From Candidatus Nomurabacteria bacterium (GTDB lineage Bacteria; Patescibacteriota; Minisyncoccia; Phycocordibacterales; UBA9973): DNA of 41,829 bases. The translations under genes and the position numbers were made by a program. The stretch covers positions 1 through 41,829 of the forward strand of contig JARIGS010000016.1 of assembly GCA_029288725.1 (NCBI GenBank). Direction: 5' to 3'. The notes under the pieces were generated by a model. The model searched no databases and was not told where the DNA came from. It saw only the letters and a list, made by a program, of their open reading frames with translations. The stretch's first letter is position 1. Every line of letters begins with the position of its first letter. Positions 27,778-37,100 of the stretch are shown in pieces.

Positions 27778-27779
27778 AC

Positions 27780-27971
27780 TTAGCTACTCCAATTGTTTTT
27801 AATTTTCTTCTTCATCCAAAACTTCGCTGTACGAAATCCGCTTTTCCAACGAAATGGATTAGTCAAAAATAAGATTCCTTTACTGATACCTATTGTCGTT
27901 GAAGGAAAGGTAATTAAAATCATAAAAATCACAACAGGAATAGACCACCAATTCCAAACACTATTTTTCAT
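27780..27971 (-). CDS. small hypothetical membrane protein
   Basis: 63 aa; TTGACC-16bp-TATAGT promoter, AGAAAAC leader, downstream hairpin. Confidence 0.55.
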   Translation of the reverse strand: MKNSVWNWWSIPVVIFMILITFPSTTIGISKGILFLTNPFRWKSGFRTAKFWMKKKIKNNWSS

Positions 27972-28071
27972 TGTGATATGTTTTCTAAACTATAGCATTC
28001 ATACCATCAGGGTCAATTATTCCACCCTTTGAGTTAGACCTATTTTTATGGTATAAAACACACGTTCTTAT

Positions 28072-28142
28072 TGCGGGTTCGTCTAATGGTAGGACTACGG
28101 TTTTTGGTGCCGTCTATTGGGGTTCGAGTCCCTGACCCGCAG
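28072..28142 (+). tRNA. trnQ: tRNA-Gln(TTG), integration target
   Basis: Acceptor TGCGGGT/ACCCGCA; anticodon arm ACGGT-TTTTGGT-GCCGT; TTCGAGT T-loop. Confidence 0.92.
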
Positions 28143-29741
28143 CACTCGTGGACTGTTTGCACACATTTGTTCAAACTGTTCTTGTTTTTCAACAGTATTT
28201 ATTGGTTCTAACCGTTCTTTTATCGCTTTTACTTCTCCTGAGACTTTTGTAAGTGGGAACAGGCACTTTTCTATATCAATGCTAATCATTTTATCTTTTA
28301 CTAGCAGGTTCGAACCTAATGCTGAAAGTATTGCGCGTCGTTCATGAATGGTGCCGTTCTTAAACTTTGCCACTGCTTGGTCAATGAATGTGAACATTTC
28401 ATCACCAGTGTTCATCCAAGCATCCACACGCTTCGCCGTTGTTGCAAATAGGTCTTCCAGTCGTTTCTTCTCGGCAAGGAGTGGTGTACGTCTCCTGGTG
28501 AACTCCTCACCGTCAATTTCTCCACTAGCACGCATGTCGGAGAAGCCGTCTATTTTCGCTAGGCAGGCCTTATACGCTTTCTGCTGGCTTTCTACAACCG
28601 CATTACGGCTGCTGATTTCTTTTTCGTTTTCTTTTTCCCACCATTTCATGGCGAACGAATGAAATTCTGGTGGTATATCAACAGTATTTATCTCTGCAAT
28701 AACCTGCTTTTCCAATTCTTTTTGTTCAACGGAACGCTGTGTACAGTTTGGATTAACCCGTTTCGTGCAGTGGTAGTAGACATAGAGATTCACGCTCCCG
28801 TCTCTCAGTTTTTTTGATTTGGTCTCCGCCGTGATTGCTGCACCACACTCTGCACAACGCATCATGCCAGTGAAGTCAAAAACATGTGTCTTTGGTCGTG
28901 GGCGGCCTTTTCTTCCGAGTAGCACCTGAATTTTGTCGTATTCCTCCTCAGTCATGATTGCTTCATGTGTGCCTTGATACCATTTACCACTTCCAATAGG
29001 GTATTCATACATGCCGTAGTAAAACGTGTTTCCAAACATGCGGTAGATTGTGCTTCTTCCGAGCTTCTTGCCCTTTGGTGTTCGAAAGCCCCATTCATTG
29101 TTGGCAATGTCTCTAATCTCAAGGGGCTGATAAGTTCCTGTTAGCATTAGGTCAATCATCTTACGGATAAGCGGCAGGAGTTTCTCGTCAGATACGATAG
29201 TTTTATTTCCTTTTTCGGCATACTTATCATTCAAATAGCCAAGTGGTGCAGGGGCTGGGTAGATACCGAGCTTGGCTTTCTTCTCAAGTCCTCTGGTAAC
29301 ATCGATGCCTTTCTTGTCGTTCTCCATTTTTGCCTGGGTGCAGGCAAGCATGAACATAAACTTGTCCATTGGGGTATTACGGTACGTCTGACCTGGGGTA
29401 ATGATTTCATGCAACCTGCCTCTGTCCATCAGGTCAATAAGTAAAGCACTGTCAATCGCATTACGAGAAAGACGGTCAGCGTGCCACACGATGATGGAAT
29501 TGATAGCTCCGCTTTCAATACGTTCATACATTTCCTTGAACATGGGACGATTGTTTGTAGTCTTGGCGGATTTTGCTTCAACCAGGATGTTCTCCTCAGG
29601 AACCCGTACACCTATATTTCTAGCAATGTCATGGGCTGTGTCTATCTGTGCATCAATGGAGAGCACTTGACGGTCTTCACTTTCACTGCTTTTTCTTCCG
29701 TAAATTGCAGGCTTCAGTTTTATTTCTGCTTCGTTCTTCAT
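28095..29741 (-). CDS. large serine recombinase whose C-terminus is encoded antisense to tRNA-Gln
   Basis: YGRKSS catalytic Ser, DRLSR, recombinase domain, CAEC...YYHC...C Zn ribbon, coiled coil. Confidence 0.93.
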   Translation of the reverse strand: MKNEAEIKLKPAIYGRKSSESEDRQVLSIDAQIDTAHDIARNIGVRVPEENILVEAKSAKTTNNRPMFKEMYERIESGAINSIIVWHADRLSRNAIDSALLIDLMDRGRLHEIITPGQTYRNTPMDKFMFMLACTQAKMENDKKGIDVTRGLEKKAKLGIYPAPAPLGYLNDKYAEKGNKTIVSDEKLLPLIRKMIDLMLTGTYQPLEIRDIANNEWGFRTPKGKKLGRSTIYRMFGNTFYYGMYEYPIGSGKWYQGTHEAIMTEEEYDKIQVLLGRKGRPRPKTHVFDFTGMMRCAECGAAITAETKSKKLRDGSVNLYVYYHCTKRVNPNCTQRSVEQKELEKQVIAEINTVDIPPEFHSFAMKWWEKENEKEISSRNAVVESQQKAYKACLAKIDGFSDMRASGEIDGEEFTRRRTPLLAEKKRLEDLFATTAKRVDAWMNTGDEMFTFIDQAVAKFKNGTIHERRAILSALGSNLLVKDKMISIDIEKCLFPLTKVSGEVKAIKERLEPINTVEKQEQFEQMCANSPRVLRVRDSNPNRRHQKP

Positions 29742-29744
29742 AGG

Positions 29745-29930
29745 CTACTTTATCTTGCTCTTTTCGAGAAAGTTGTGGAACTCCTTTTGCTCAATGCGAA
29801 AGTCCTTGCCGATTTTGTAAGCGGTCAACTTCTTTGCGGCAATAGCGCGGTAAATCGTCATGATGTTTACCCGTAGCTTGTCGGCCAATTCCTTTGCGGT
29901 GTAGTATTCATGCTCTTTCATATTGTCCAT
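29745..29930 (-). CDS. excisionase-like (HTH_17) DNA-binding protein
   Basis: YYTAKELADKLRVNIMTIYR...LTAYKIGKDFRI; 3 bp upstream of the recombinase. Confidence 0.88.
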   Translation of the reverse strand: MDNMKEHEYYTAKELADKLRVNIMTIYRAIAAKKLTAYKIGKDFRIEQKEFHNFLEKSKIK

Positions 29931-29967
29931 ATTAGTATACTTTACTATTCTTTACACAGCAATTCTG

Positions 29968-31089
29968 CTAACTTCTGTTCATCAGCTTCTCGATAATCAT
30001 TTTTTCCTCGTCTGTGAGAATGGATTGGTCTTTGTTCTCACTAGAATTGTTGGTCAACTTTTGAACAATTTTTACAGCATCCTCGTTGCTCATGCTACCG
30101 TAGCCATAAGCACCAAATGTGGTAGCAACATTCTCATGACCAAGGTTCAGGCTGATGGCTCTCTTTTCTTCCTCGGTCAGTCTTCGCTTACTGAGAATAC
30201 TTACAACCAGATGGCGAAATGAGTGCGGGTGGAAATACGGCACACCAGCGTTAATGCATCGCTTCTCATAAATTTTGCGTGCTGCCCCTGTGCCCACCCA
30301 GAAGTCCTTGCTGATAGCCTCTTTGCTGTAGTTGTTTTTGTCTGCCGTGAATGAGCTAAGTGTCGCAGGGAAAATGGGGTCGTCCCCGTTAAAGCCTTTT
30401 GATTCGAGATACTCATACCATTCAACAAAGCACTGCTTTGGTACATCCCAGCCAATAGGGAAAAATGTGCTCAGTATTCGCTTAGAGTTCTTTGTACGGA
30501 CTCCATCACCAGGATTCTGGTCTATTTCCATACTGTTCTTGTCGAAGCTCTTCATTTTCAGGGAGATAATGGCAGAGATGCGAGCTCCAGTGGCAAATGC
30601 AAAGCAAATCATTGCCTTGTCACGCATCGCTATCTCTGTCTTGTCATCAATGGATTCAATGATTTTCTTGATGTCCTCAAACGCTGGCAGCTTCTTTGTC
30701 GTGCCAGAGCGGGCGATGCGTGCATCTTTCTTTGACAGCCGCAGGAAGTCAATATCGCTTTTCACTATCTTGCTTTTGTAAGTCGGCTGCTCGGACAACC
30801 ATTCAAAGAACTTCTTTATTCGCCTTAGATAGTTGTACTGCGTAGTGAGGGAGACTTTCCCTGAATCGGTTTTTGATGCCCGACTGCTCAGCCACTCAGT
30901 AAAGGCGACAGCCTTTGACTTGTTGTAGGTGGAAAAATCCTCATTATCGGTGAATGTTTGCCATTGTGAAATGGCTTCGGCGAACACTCGTACCGAGCTT
31001 TTTGCGAATCCTTGGCCGCCTTTCAGATGGTCAAAGAACTCTCGCTTTATTCGTTCGTTTTCGTAGCTTGTTTTTGTCATAGAAGTCAT
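29968..31089 (-). CDS. tyrosine recombinase
   Basis: TGARISA, RTKN, HSFRH, LGH, YG catalytic set; SAM-like N-terminus. Confidence 0.9.
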   Translation of the reverse strand: MTSMTKTSYENERIKREFFDHLKGGQGFAKSSVRVFAEAISQWQTFTDNEDFSTYNKSKAVAFTEWLSSRASKTDSGKVSLTTQYNYLRRIKKFFEWLSEQPTYKSKIVKSDIDFLRLSKKDARIARSGTTKKLPAFEDIKKIIESIDDKTEIAMRDKAMICFAFATGARISAIISLKMKSFDKNSMEIDQNPGDGVRTKNSKRILSTFFPIGWDVPKQCFVEWYEYLESKGFNGDDPIFPATLSSFTADKNNYSKEAISKDFWVGTGAARKIYEKRCINAGVPYFHPHSFRHLVVSILSKRRLTEEEKRAISLNLGHENVATTFGAYGYGSMSNEDAVKIVQKLTNNSSENKDQSILTDEEKMIIEKLMNRS

Positions 31090-31159
31090 ACAAGTTGTTA
31101 TTGTTAATAATGGACATTTAAGTGGGAGAAGAGAGTATCATTTAGTCCTTTCGGTAGGG

Positions 31160-31504
31160 TTATATTGTCCTGCATATTTTCCCGTTGCAGACACGGCATG
31201 TGCCTAATTTTCTGCCACCCAGCTCCCTGATTGAGCCTCGTCTTGCGTACCGTGCCGCCTTACAGGTAAGGCAGTAAAACTGGTTGCGATTCAGGATAAC
31301 TTTCTTCTTCGCGTCCTTTTTCCTTAGAAAGTCCTTTATGTCGCTGCCCATCATCAGTATGGGTTTCTTGCCCCCAGGTATTGTTTTCAAACCATTGGCA
31401 ATCCATCGGGAGCAAGTCTTTTCATCAACACCAAGTTCGGCTGATAGCTCCTTGACGGTATAGCTCATATGGCCGTAGACTTTTTGACTATTGATTCTAG
31501 TCAT
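31160..31504 (-). CDS. HTH protein with a C-terminal Zn ribbon
   Basis: SYTVKELSAELGVDEKTCSRWI; CLTC...CRVC. Confidence 0.75.
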   Translation of the reverse strand: MTRINSQKVYGHMSYTVKELSAELGVDEKTCSRWIANGLKTIPGGKKPILMMGSDIKDFLRKKDAKKKVILNRNQFYCLTCKAARYARRGSIRELGGRKLGTCRVCNGKICRTI

Positions 31505-31677
31505 ATGCTGCCAGCCGCACTGCTAGTATTTGCGGACTTGGTATCCGCTGCCAAAACAGCCCTGTATAGAGCAAGGAGCTTGTTGGCACGAAACGATGCC
31601 TCCTCGTCGCTTAATACCACGCCGAAACGCTTTTCGTACAAATCCTTATATTCGTCTATGGCCTGCTTCGGTAACAT
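31501..31677 (-). CDS. small hypothetical protein (58 aa)
   Basis: MLPKQAIDEYKDLYEKRFGVVLSDEEA...; ATGA coupling to the next gene; an upstream hairpin argues for a start at 31677. Confidence 0.65.
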   Translation of the reverse strand: MLPKQAIDEYKDLYEKRFGVVLSDEEASFRANKLLALYRAVLAADTKSANTSSAAGSI

Positions 31678-31819
31678 GGCAAGCCGAGTGTATACACATA
31701 AAAAAGCCCTGAAAATTGGGCTTTTTAGGGACGATATGAGTGGTTCTATTAAGAATGCTTTAATTAATAAATATGCAGGCAGCCAATCCACCTATGGACA
31801 CTCCTATTGATTTCATGTT

Positions 31820-33103
31820 CTATTGATATTTGATGACCATTTGGTATTTTCCTGTTCCAATACTATCTATCGTGGCTGGAAAGTTGCCCTTCTTGAGCTT
31901 CGCTCTCAAGCGTTTTAATCCATCTCGAAAGGCTGAATCATCCCTATAGCCCCCAACCTTTTGCAGTGTTTCAATATCAGCATCTTTACCGCTATTTGAA
32001 AGGGTATCATTACGTTCTATTCTAGCGTTCGCAAGCAGTAATTGTATCATCGCCTTTTGTCCTCGTTCGATTGGAACTTTTGTTGTGCCGAAACAGAGAC
32101 TTTCATTCTCAATGAAAATATCCTTCCGAGTTTTGCTTCTTGGAACCGTCAACTGTTGCTCACCAGCACTATCATTTTCCAGTGCTTGTAGAAATGTATT
32201 GTGGACTATTTGAAGAGCTGCCTTGAAGGTAGGCATACTAAGCCTATCGAGCTCGGGGGAGAAAGCCCCCTTAAACTTTCTTGGGCTATCTGGCCGAGTT
32301 TGACCCATCAGATGTTGCAGGTCTTCTGCCATAAATGCTATTTCCATAATATCCTCAGCACGGAACGCATGCCCAAACGCACTTTCTTCGTCTGAAATCT
32401 CCCAGAAGCTCATGTTTTCTAGTACAGCATCGTAAGAGCTCTTAAATTGAAACAGTAGTTCAAATGAACCCCAGGGCTTAAGCGAGCGTTCTCTTTCAAG
32501 TATTATCTCTTGTTCAAAACGCTCAGGCCATTTTTTTGAAAAAATGAAACTACCGCTATCATTTCCCGCGAACCAGTAACCACTGGTACCCTTGATACGC
32601 TGGTAATAGTCTGTATATGCATTCTGCGAAACATGGAAGTCCTTTAGCTCTCCACCATAGCCCATTTTTTGCAAATTTGTAGCGATGTCAAAAAGATACA
32701 CTTGCATGTTATCAGAATAAAAACCACTTCTACGCATTTCCTTGTTCTCATATGCTTCAAGTTCCGCTATTAAATCGTTATAGGGAGGCTTAGGAAAAGT
32801 AGAATGCCGTTCAAACAGGCTTGAATCTATAGAGCTGGTTCTGATAATATCCATGATTTTGTTCTTTGCTGCACGCATTTCTTCTTCTGCCGCTTTCTCA
32901 ATCTCCTCAATTTTTTCATAACGGATGTTACGCTCCCTTATTTGCTTATCAAAAATCCCTTTGAGAAGGGGCGTTTCAAGGGCATATTTTACATATAGCT
33001 CCAATGCCCTGAAAAATGCTAACGCATCTTCTTGTCCAGCAGCGATGGCGTGCAAGCGCTCAAGAGCTTTTTCAGTTTTATCGCTTGAATCCTTAGCAAT
33101 CAT
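31820..33103 (-). CDS. hypothetical protein with a probable C-terminal OmpR-like winged HTH
   Basis: 427 aa; C-terminal AFRDGLKRLRAKL...IDSIGTGKY. Confidence 0.6.
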   Translation of the reverse strand: MIAKDSSDKTEKALERLHAIAAGQEDALAFFRALELYVKYALETPLLKGIFDKQIRERNIRYEKIEEIEKAAEEEMRAAKNKIMDIIRTSSIDSSLFERHSTFPKPPYNDLIAELEAYENKEMRRSGFYSDNMQVYLFDIATNLQKMGYGGELKDFHVSQNAYTDYYQRIKGTSGYWFAGNDSGSFIFSKKWPERFEQEIILERERSLKPWGSFELLFQFKSSYDAVLENMSFWEISDEESAFGHAFRAEDIMEIAFMAEDLQHLMGQTRPDSPRKFKGAFSPELDRLSMPTFKAALQIVHNTFLQALENDSAGEQQLTVPRSKTRKDIFIENESLCFGTTKVPIERGQKAMIQLLLANARIERNDTLSNSGKDADIETLQKVGGYRDDSAFRDGLKRLRAKLKKGNFPATIDSIGTGKYQMVIKYQ

Positions 33104-33184
33104 TTATTTACTTTACTTTACATTTGGCCTGAAAACAACAATGCTTTTTATTTACATTGAACGGGTAAATGGTATAGTACAAGC

Positions 33185-33335
33185 ATAACTGAATAGTAGC
33201 CTAAACCAGCGAATAATCGCTGGCATGGCGAAGAAACCGCACGATACTAAAAACCCCATCAGTAGGGCGTATCGTGCGTCGCGTCTGGAAACGGACGTGT
33301 GGAGCTTCACGGCTTCTCCTAGTGATGGGCTTTTT
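33185..33335 (+). ncRNA. candidate structured RNA or leader in the island
   Basis: TTTACA-16bp-TATAGT promoter; several helices, a GAAA tetraloop, possible pseudoknot, T-run at the end. Confidence 0.5.
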
Positions 33336-33373
33336 CGTGCCTTTTCACTGGGATTATCAGCTAAATAATTTCC

Positions 33374-34546
33374 ATGAAAAACTATTACGAGACACTCGGC
33401 ATTTCCCAGAATGCTACCCAAGAAGAGGTAAAGAACGCTTTTAATAAGGAATCGAAGCTTAACAATTCTGAAGATTTTTCAATACGAGACAAACGTTTCA
33501 GTGAAATCAGTGAGGCATATTTCACCCTTTCAAAGCCAGTAGAACGGGCAAAATATGATTTCAAACTTAGCGGTAAAACCGCTGAAGCATTAAAAAAGCC
33601 AGAAAAAGTAGAGAGTAAGCAAGTGATAAAAAAGAGAAACCCACTTCTCACTGGCTTATATACTGTCCTAGCCGTTATAGGTGCCGTTGGTATCTTCAGT
33701 TCACTGTTCCCTCAAAGCTATACAGTGTATCCTGTCGGCTGTGCAATTTCGGATTCTGCCAACCTAACGGTCAACTCTTCTGGCGAGCTTGATTTTACTC
33801 ACTGCCAAAACCCTCAAGCTGGCGAGCGAGAAACATTCAAGGTTGATGCTGGTAAGAACCAAGTTATAGAAACATCCCCAGATAGTTCTGATGTTGTAGC
33901 ACTGAAGGATTGTACCGTTCAGGATGATGAGCACTGGAGTTGTGGTGATTATTCGAATTGGTCTGGTGGCATATTCGGAGCAATAGTAACAAGTAGAAGT
34001 GGCGACAACTTTAGCGAATCAGGTCTATCAGGGATTTATTTTGTAACTGAAAGCCAGTGGAACTCTATCAATAACGGCAAGCCTGGTTCTTGCAGCACTG
34101 ATGCTTGTAGTGGTAAAAATCCTGGCTCATCAACAGACAGCGATACAACACAAAGCACGGTAACGATTGGGAATGACCCAGTAACTCAGGGGAATATAAA
34201 ATACACTTTTGACTTAAACAATTTAGGAAACACTATTCCAAATGATAGTGGTAATTTTTCAGGAATGACCACAAATGGAGCGTGGGAAGCGGTTACGTTG
34301 CATATGACCAACACCTCTGATTCCAATGTTGTGATTACTCCTACACAATTTCAGCTGACAGACCAGACTGGGCGGCAGTATCAGCCTACAGCCTGGTACC
34401 TATGCAATGACACGGTTGAACATGAGGGTACGGACTACGGCAGCAGCATAACGCTGAAGCCAGGAATAGACTGTGATACGAAGGTACTATTTGAAACAGC
34501 GAAGGATTCAAACGCCTTCACAATATCGGTCAACTACAATAGCTAG
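33374..34546 (+). CDS. J-like domain (no HPD) + TM + Cys-rich and DUF4352-like extracellular domains
   Basis: NYYETLG...ISEAY.TL....R..YD; one TM; FQLTD..GRQY, LKPG, VLFE. Confidence 0.7.
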   Translation: MKNYYETLGISQNATQEEVKNAFNKESKLNNSEDFSIRDKRFSEISEAYFTLSKPVERAKYDFKLSGKTAEALKKPEKVESKQVIKKRNPLLTGLYTVLAVIGAVGIFSSLFPQSYTVYPVGCAISDSANLTVNSSGELDFTHCQNPQAGERETFKVDAGKNQVIETSPDSSDVVALKDCTVQDDEHWSCGDYSNWSGGIFGAIVTSRSGDNFSESGLSGIYFVTESQWNSINNGKPGSCSTDACSGKNPGSSTDSDTTQSTVTIGNDPVTQGNIKYTFDLNNLGNTIPNDSGNFSGMTTNGAWEAVTLHMTNTSDSNVVITPTQFQLTDQTGRQYQPTAWYLCNDTVEHEGTDYGSSITLKPGIDCDTKVLFETAKDSNAFTISVNYNS

Positions 34547-35325
34547 GAACTCATTAAGTCGGGATATTTTTCCGTAATAGCTTTCCTTGCCAGGTTCGCC
34601 AGAGGTACCAAGTACTGCTCCAGTTTTTGGAACGGGAAGCTCTTTCCGCCGTTAGGATGCATGTTGTCACGCAAATGCGTGTAAATGGATACTCTTGTTA
34701 CGCCTTTGCCTCTTCGAGTGGAAGGCTCTGTCTCTACTGATGGCTCACTCGCAATAATGTACTTCTCAACGTCTATTCCCAGCAGGTATTTTGCAACGTG
34801 CTCCAAAACTCGGTAGTAGAGGATGAACTGAAGTTGTTTTGAAGTCTCCGAAACAGCTTCTCTCCACATCATCAGGACGTTTTCACGCTCGGTATCCACC
34901 TCTTCCTCAAAGACCCTCTTCAGCCTATCCAGGCTTTCTCTGCCGAGCCCTAGGGTCATAGACACCCTGTCAGCCGTCATTGCAAAGTCCATGACATCAA
35001 CACTTATTCTTCGGCTGCCGCTGCCGTCTCGCTCTTCCTGGGTTCTGCTTAACGAAACGACCTTGTAGCTCCCAGTCGAGACGTTGTACCTCCAGCTAAG
35101 AACGTTTGACAGTTTCAGCAGCTCTGATTCTGCCAGGAACATAGCCTGGGGGTTGTCTTGAGCCTGTAGCTCAAACCTGATGTCTATGAGGTCATTGTCA
35201 TTGGGATTGCTACTGACGATGCCTTTCAACCCTGAGGAAGTATTGTATTCTAAGGGCTCGTTTAGGCTGATTCCATTCCCTCCGTCCCCGATTTTTATTG
35301 CGGCTGCTACATTAAATTTGTTCAT
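34543..35325 (-). CDS. hypothetical protein, MauJ/HEPN-like
   Basis: QFILYYRVLE...LRDNMH helical C-terminus. Confidence 0.45.
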   Translation of the reverse strand: MNKFNVAAAIKIGDGGNGISLNEPLEYNTSSGLKGIVSSNPNDNDLIDIRFELQAQDNPQAMFLAESELLKLSNVLSWRYNVSTGSYKVVSLSRTQEERDGSGSRRISVDVMDFAMTADRVSMTLGLGRESLDRLKRVFEEEVDTERENVLMMWREAVSETSKQLQFILYYRVLEHVAKYLLGIDVEKYIIASEPSVETEPSTRRGKGVTRVSIYTHLRDNMHPNGGKSFPFQKLEQYLVPLANLARKAITEKYPDLMSS

Positions 35326-35401
35326 TGCCTACATATTACGATAAATAGACATATCTTGCCCATGGCTGGCATATGGCCTGCTTTTCCTATAAGCTATTCA
35401 C

Positions 35402-36109
35402 ATGAATCTCGAAGAATTTGCTGTTACATTTGCGTCAGACCTTGCTACAAACAGCACAGAGCTACTGATATGGTCGCAGCTGCCCATTCATGTGCAGGTA
35501 ATGTACGTTTTATGCAAAACGCTATATGGTGGCATCGTCTCTCTTCGAAAGAAGCGTTCGAACGACTTCTTTGCCGCTATTGCTGAACATGCTGACAAGT
35601 TTACAAGTGTGATTTTGAACAATGAGCAGGTGCAAGATGCTTTCATGCTGGTGTTTCAGCAGTACATTACGGAACGAAATGAACAGAAGCGAAAGGCCAT
35701 CTTCAATATCTTGCTAGGCTTCATAAGTGAGGAAGACAAAGAAAATTTCGAGCTTGAAAAGATGGCGAGCGTGTTGAGGTTGGTATCAGTAGAAGACATA
35801 GAAGTCGTTAGAATCTGGGTCGATGGAGGTGTTGAGGATTGGCTTCGTAGCCAGGGCATATATCAAGAAAATCAAATTGAGGCGCAGGCAAAACGTGGCT
35901 TGAATCCGATGCAGTATGGAGACCTTATACTGTCGCAGATGAGGGGAATGGTTCAGTTCAGTGATAAGCAGTATACGTTTGAGAAATTGAACTACCTTGT
36001 AGGCATTGGATTATTATCAGAAGACATTGGCACTTCGTTTGAGGGTAATGGTGATTTTGCAATATCTACCTTTGGTAAAAAGTTCCTTAGGTATATTCAA
36101 GAACTATAG
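35402..36109 (+). CDS. hypothetical protein, DUF4393/Abi-alpha-like
   Basis: EQKR...NIL, L..L...GLL, ISTFGKKFLRYI winged-helix-like end. Confidence 0.5.
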   Translation: MNLEEFAVTFASDLATNSTELLIWSQLPIHVQVMYVLCKTLYGGIVSLRKKRSNDFFAAIAEHADKFTSVILNNEQVQDAFMLVFQQYITERNEQKRKAIFNILLGFISEEDKENFELEKMASVLRLVSVEDIEVVRIWVDGGVEDWLRSQGIYQENQIEAQAKRGLNPMQYGDLILSQMRGMVQFSDKQYTFEKLNYLVGIGLLSEDIGTSFEGNGDFAISTFGKKFLRYIQEL

Positions 36110-36145
36110 AATGACTTTTCAGTTCCAAACTGATACAGTTTCAGC

Positions 36146-36616
36146 ATGGACATACACATTCGAAAGGCAACCGAAAGCGACACCAGTGCTATTACCGAAC
36201 TGAATTTGCTGATAGCAGACCACCATGCCGACATAGATGGCTTCTACGCTCGTGGGGAGGAGGTGAACAAAACGTTCCCAGCCTTCCTTAGCGAGGACTT
36301 GGCAAAGGAGACGTCTTTGAACCTTGTTGCTGAAACTGACGGTAAAATCGTCGGCTGGTTCTCTGGCTCTATCAAGCGTGACGTGCCCCACCTGTCGGAA
36401 AAGGTCTTTGCCCATATTGGTAGTGCCATCATTCTCCCAGAATACCGAGGCAGGGGCATCGCAAGACTGATGTTCCAGGAAATGGTTGCCTGGTTCAAGG
36501 AAAAGGGTGCCAAGGTCGTAGACCTGTCGGTCGATGCCCGCAACCCAGAGGGTCTGCGTGCCTGGGAGGGTCTTGGCTTCAAGGAATATGCCAAGAAGAT
36601 GAAGATGGAGATTTAA
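36146..36616 (+). CDS. GNAT acetyltransferase
   Basis: PEYRGRGIA, N...W..LGF. Confidence 0.9.
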   Translation: MDIHIRKATESDTSAITELNLLIADHHADIDGFYARGEEVNKTFPAFLSEDLAKETSLNLVAETDGKIVGWFSGSIKRDVPHLSEKVFAHIGSAIILPEYRGRGIARLMFQEMVAWFKEKGAKVVDLSVDARNPEGLRAWEGLGFKEYAKKMKMEI

Positions 36617-36637
36617 GCATAGAAAATAGTTAGTATT

Positions 36638-37090
36638 ATGACCGACTACCAAATCATAGAAATCAGTGATAGCAATATCGACAATCTACAGCCGCTTGCA
36701 GACGAGGCTTTAGCCGATGGGGACAAGTTCATTCAGAAGACCATTGACGAATGGAAGGGCGGGGCAAACACCTTTTCAAAAAATGGGGAGAAGTTCTGGG
36801 CACTGGTTATTGGCGATGAGTACATTGCCTGCGGTGGTCTTAACCAAGACCCGTATACTGAGGACAAGACAGTGGGACGTGTCCGACACGTTTATGTACT
36901 CAAAAAATACAGGGGGCAAGGCTATTCAAAAGTCATTCTCAACCTGATTATGGAGCAGGCTAAGAAGTATTTTCACTCATTGCGGCTTTCCACATACAAT
37001 CCAGTTGCCGCTTCGCTATACCAGTCGCTCGGCTTTGAGAAGGTTGATGAGTACAAGGCAAATTACATAATCAGGAACCTAAATAACTAA
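36638..37090 (+). CDS. GNAT acetyltransferase
   Basis: RHVYV..KYRGQG, LYQSLGF. Confidence 0.9.
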   Translation: MTDYQIIEISDSNIDNLQPLADEALADGDKFIQKTIDEWKGGANTFSKNGEKFWALVIGDEYIACGGLNQDPYTEDKTVGRVRHVYVLKKYRGQGYSKVILNLIMEQAKKYFHSLRLSTYNPVAASLYQSLGFEKVDEYKANYIIRNLNN

Positions 37091-37100
37091 AGAAGCAGTA

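Noticed and set aside
31678-31791. Longer start for the 31501 ORF
   Set aside because: Crosses a terminator-like hairpin (~31700-31727); ATG 31677 is preferred.
33152-33421. 89-aa - strand ORF in the island intergenic region
   Set aside because: Overlaps the J-like gene start and a promoter; better explained by + strand RNA structure.
36119-36652. 177-aa - strand ORF
   Set aside because: Antisense to a clear GNAT gene.
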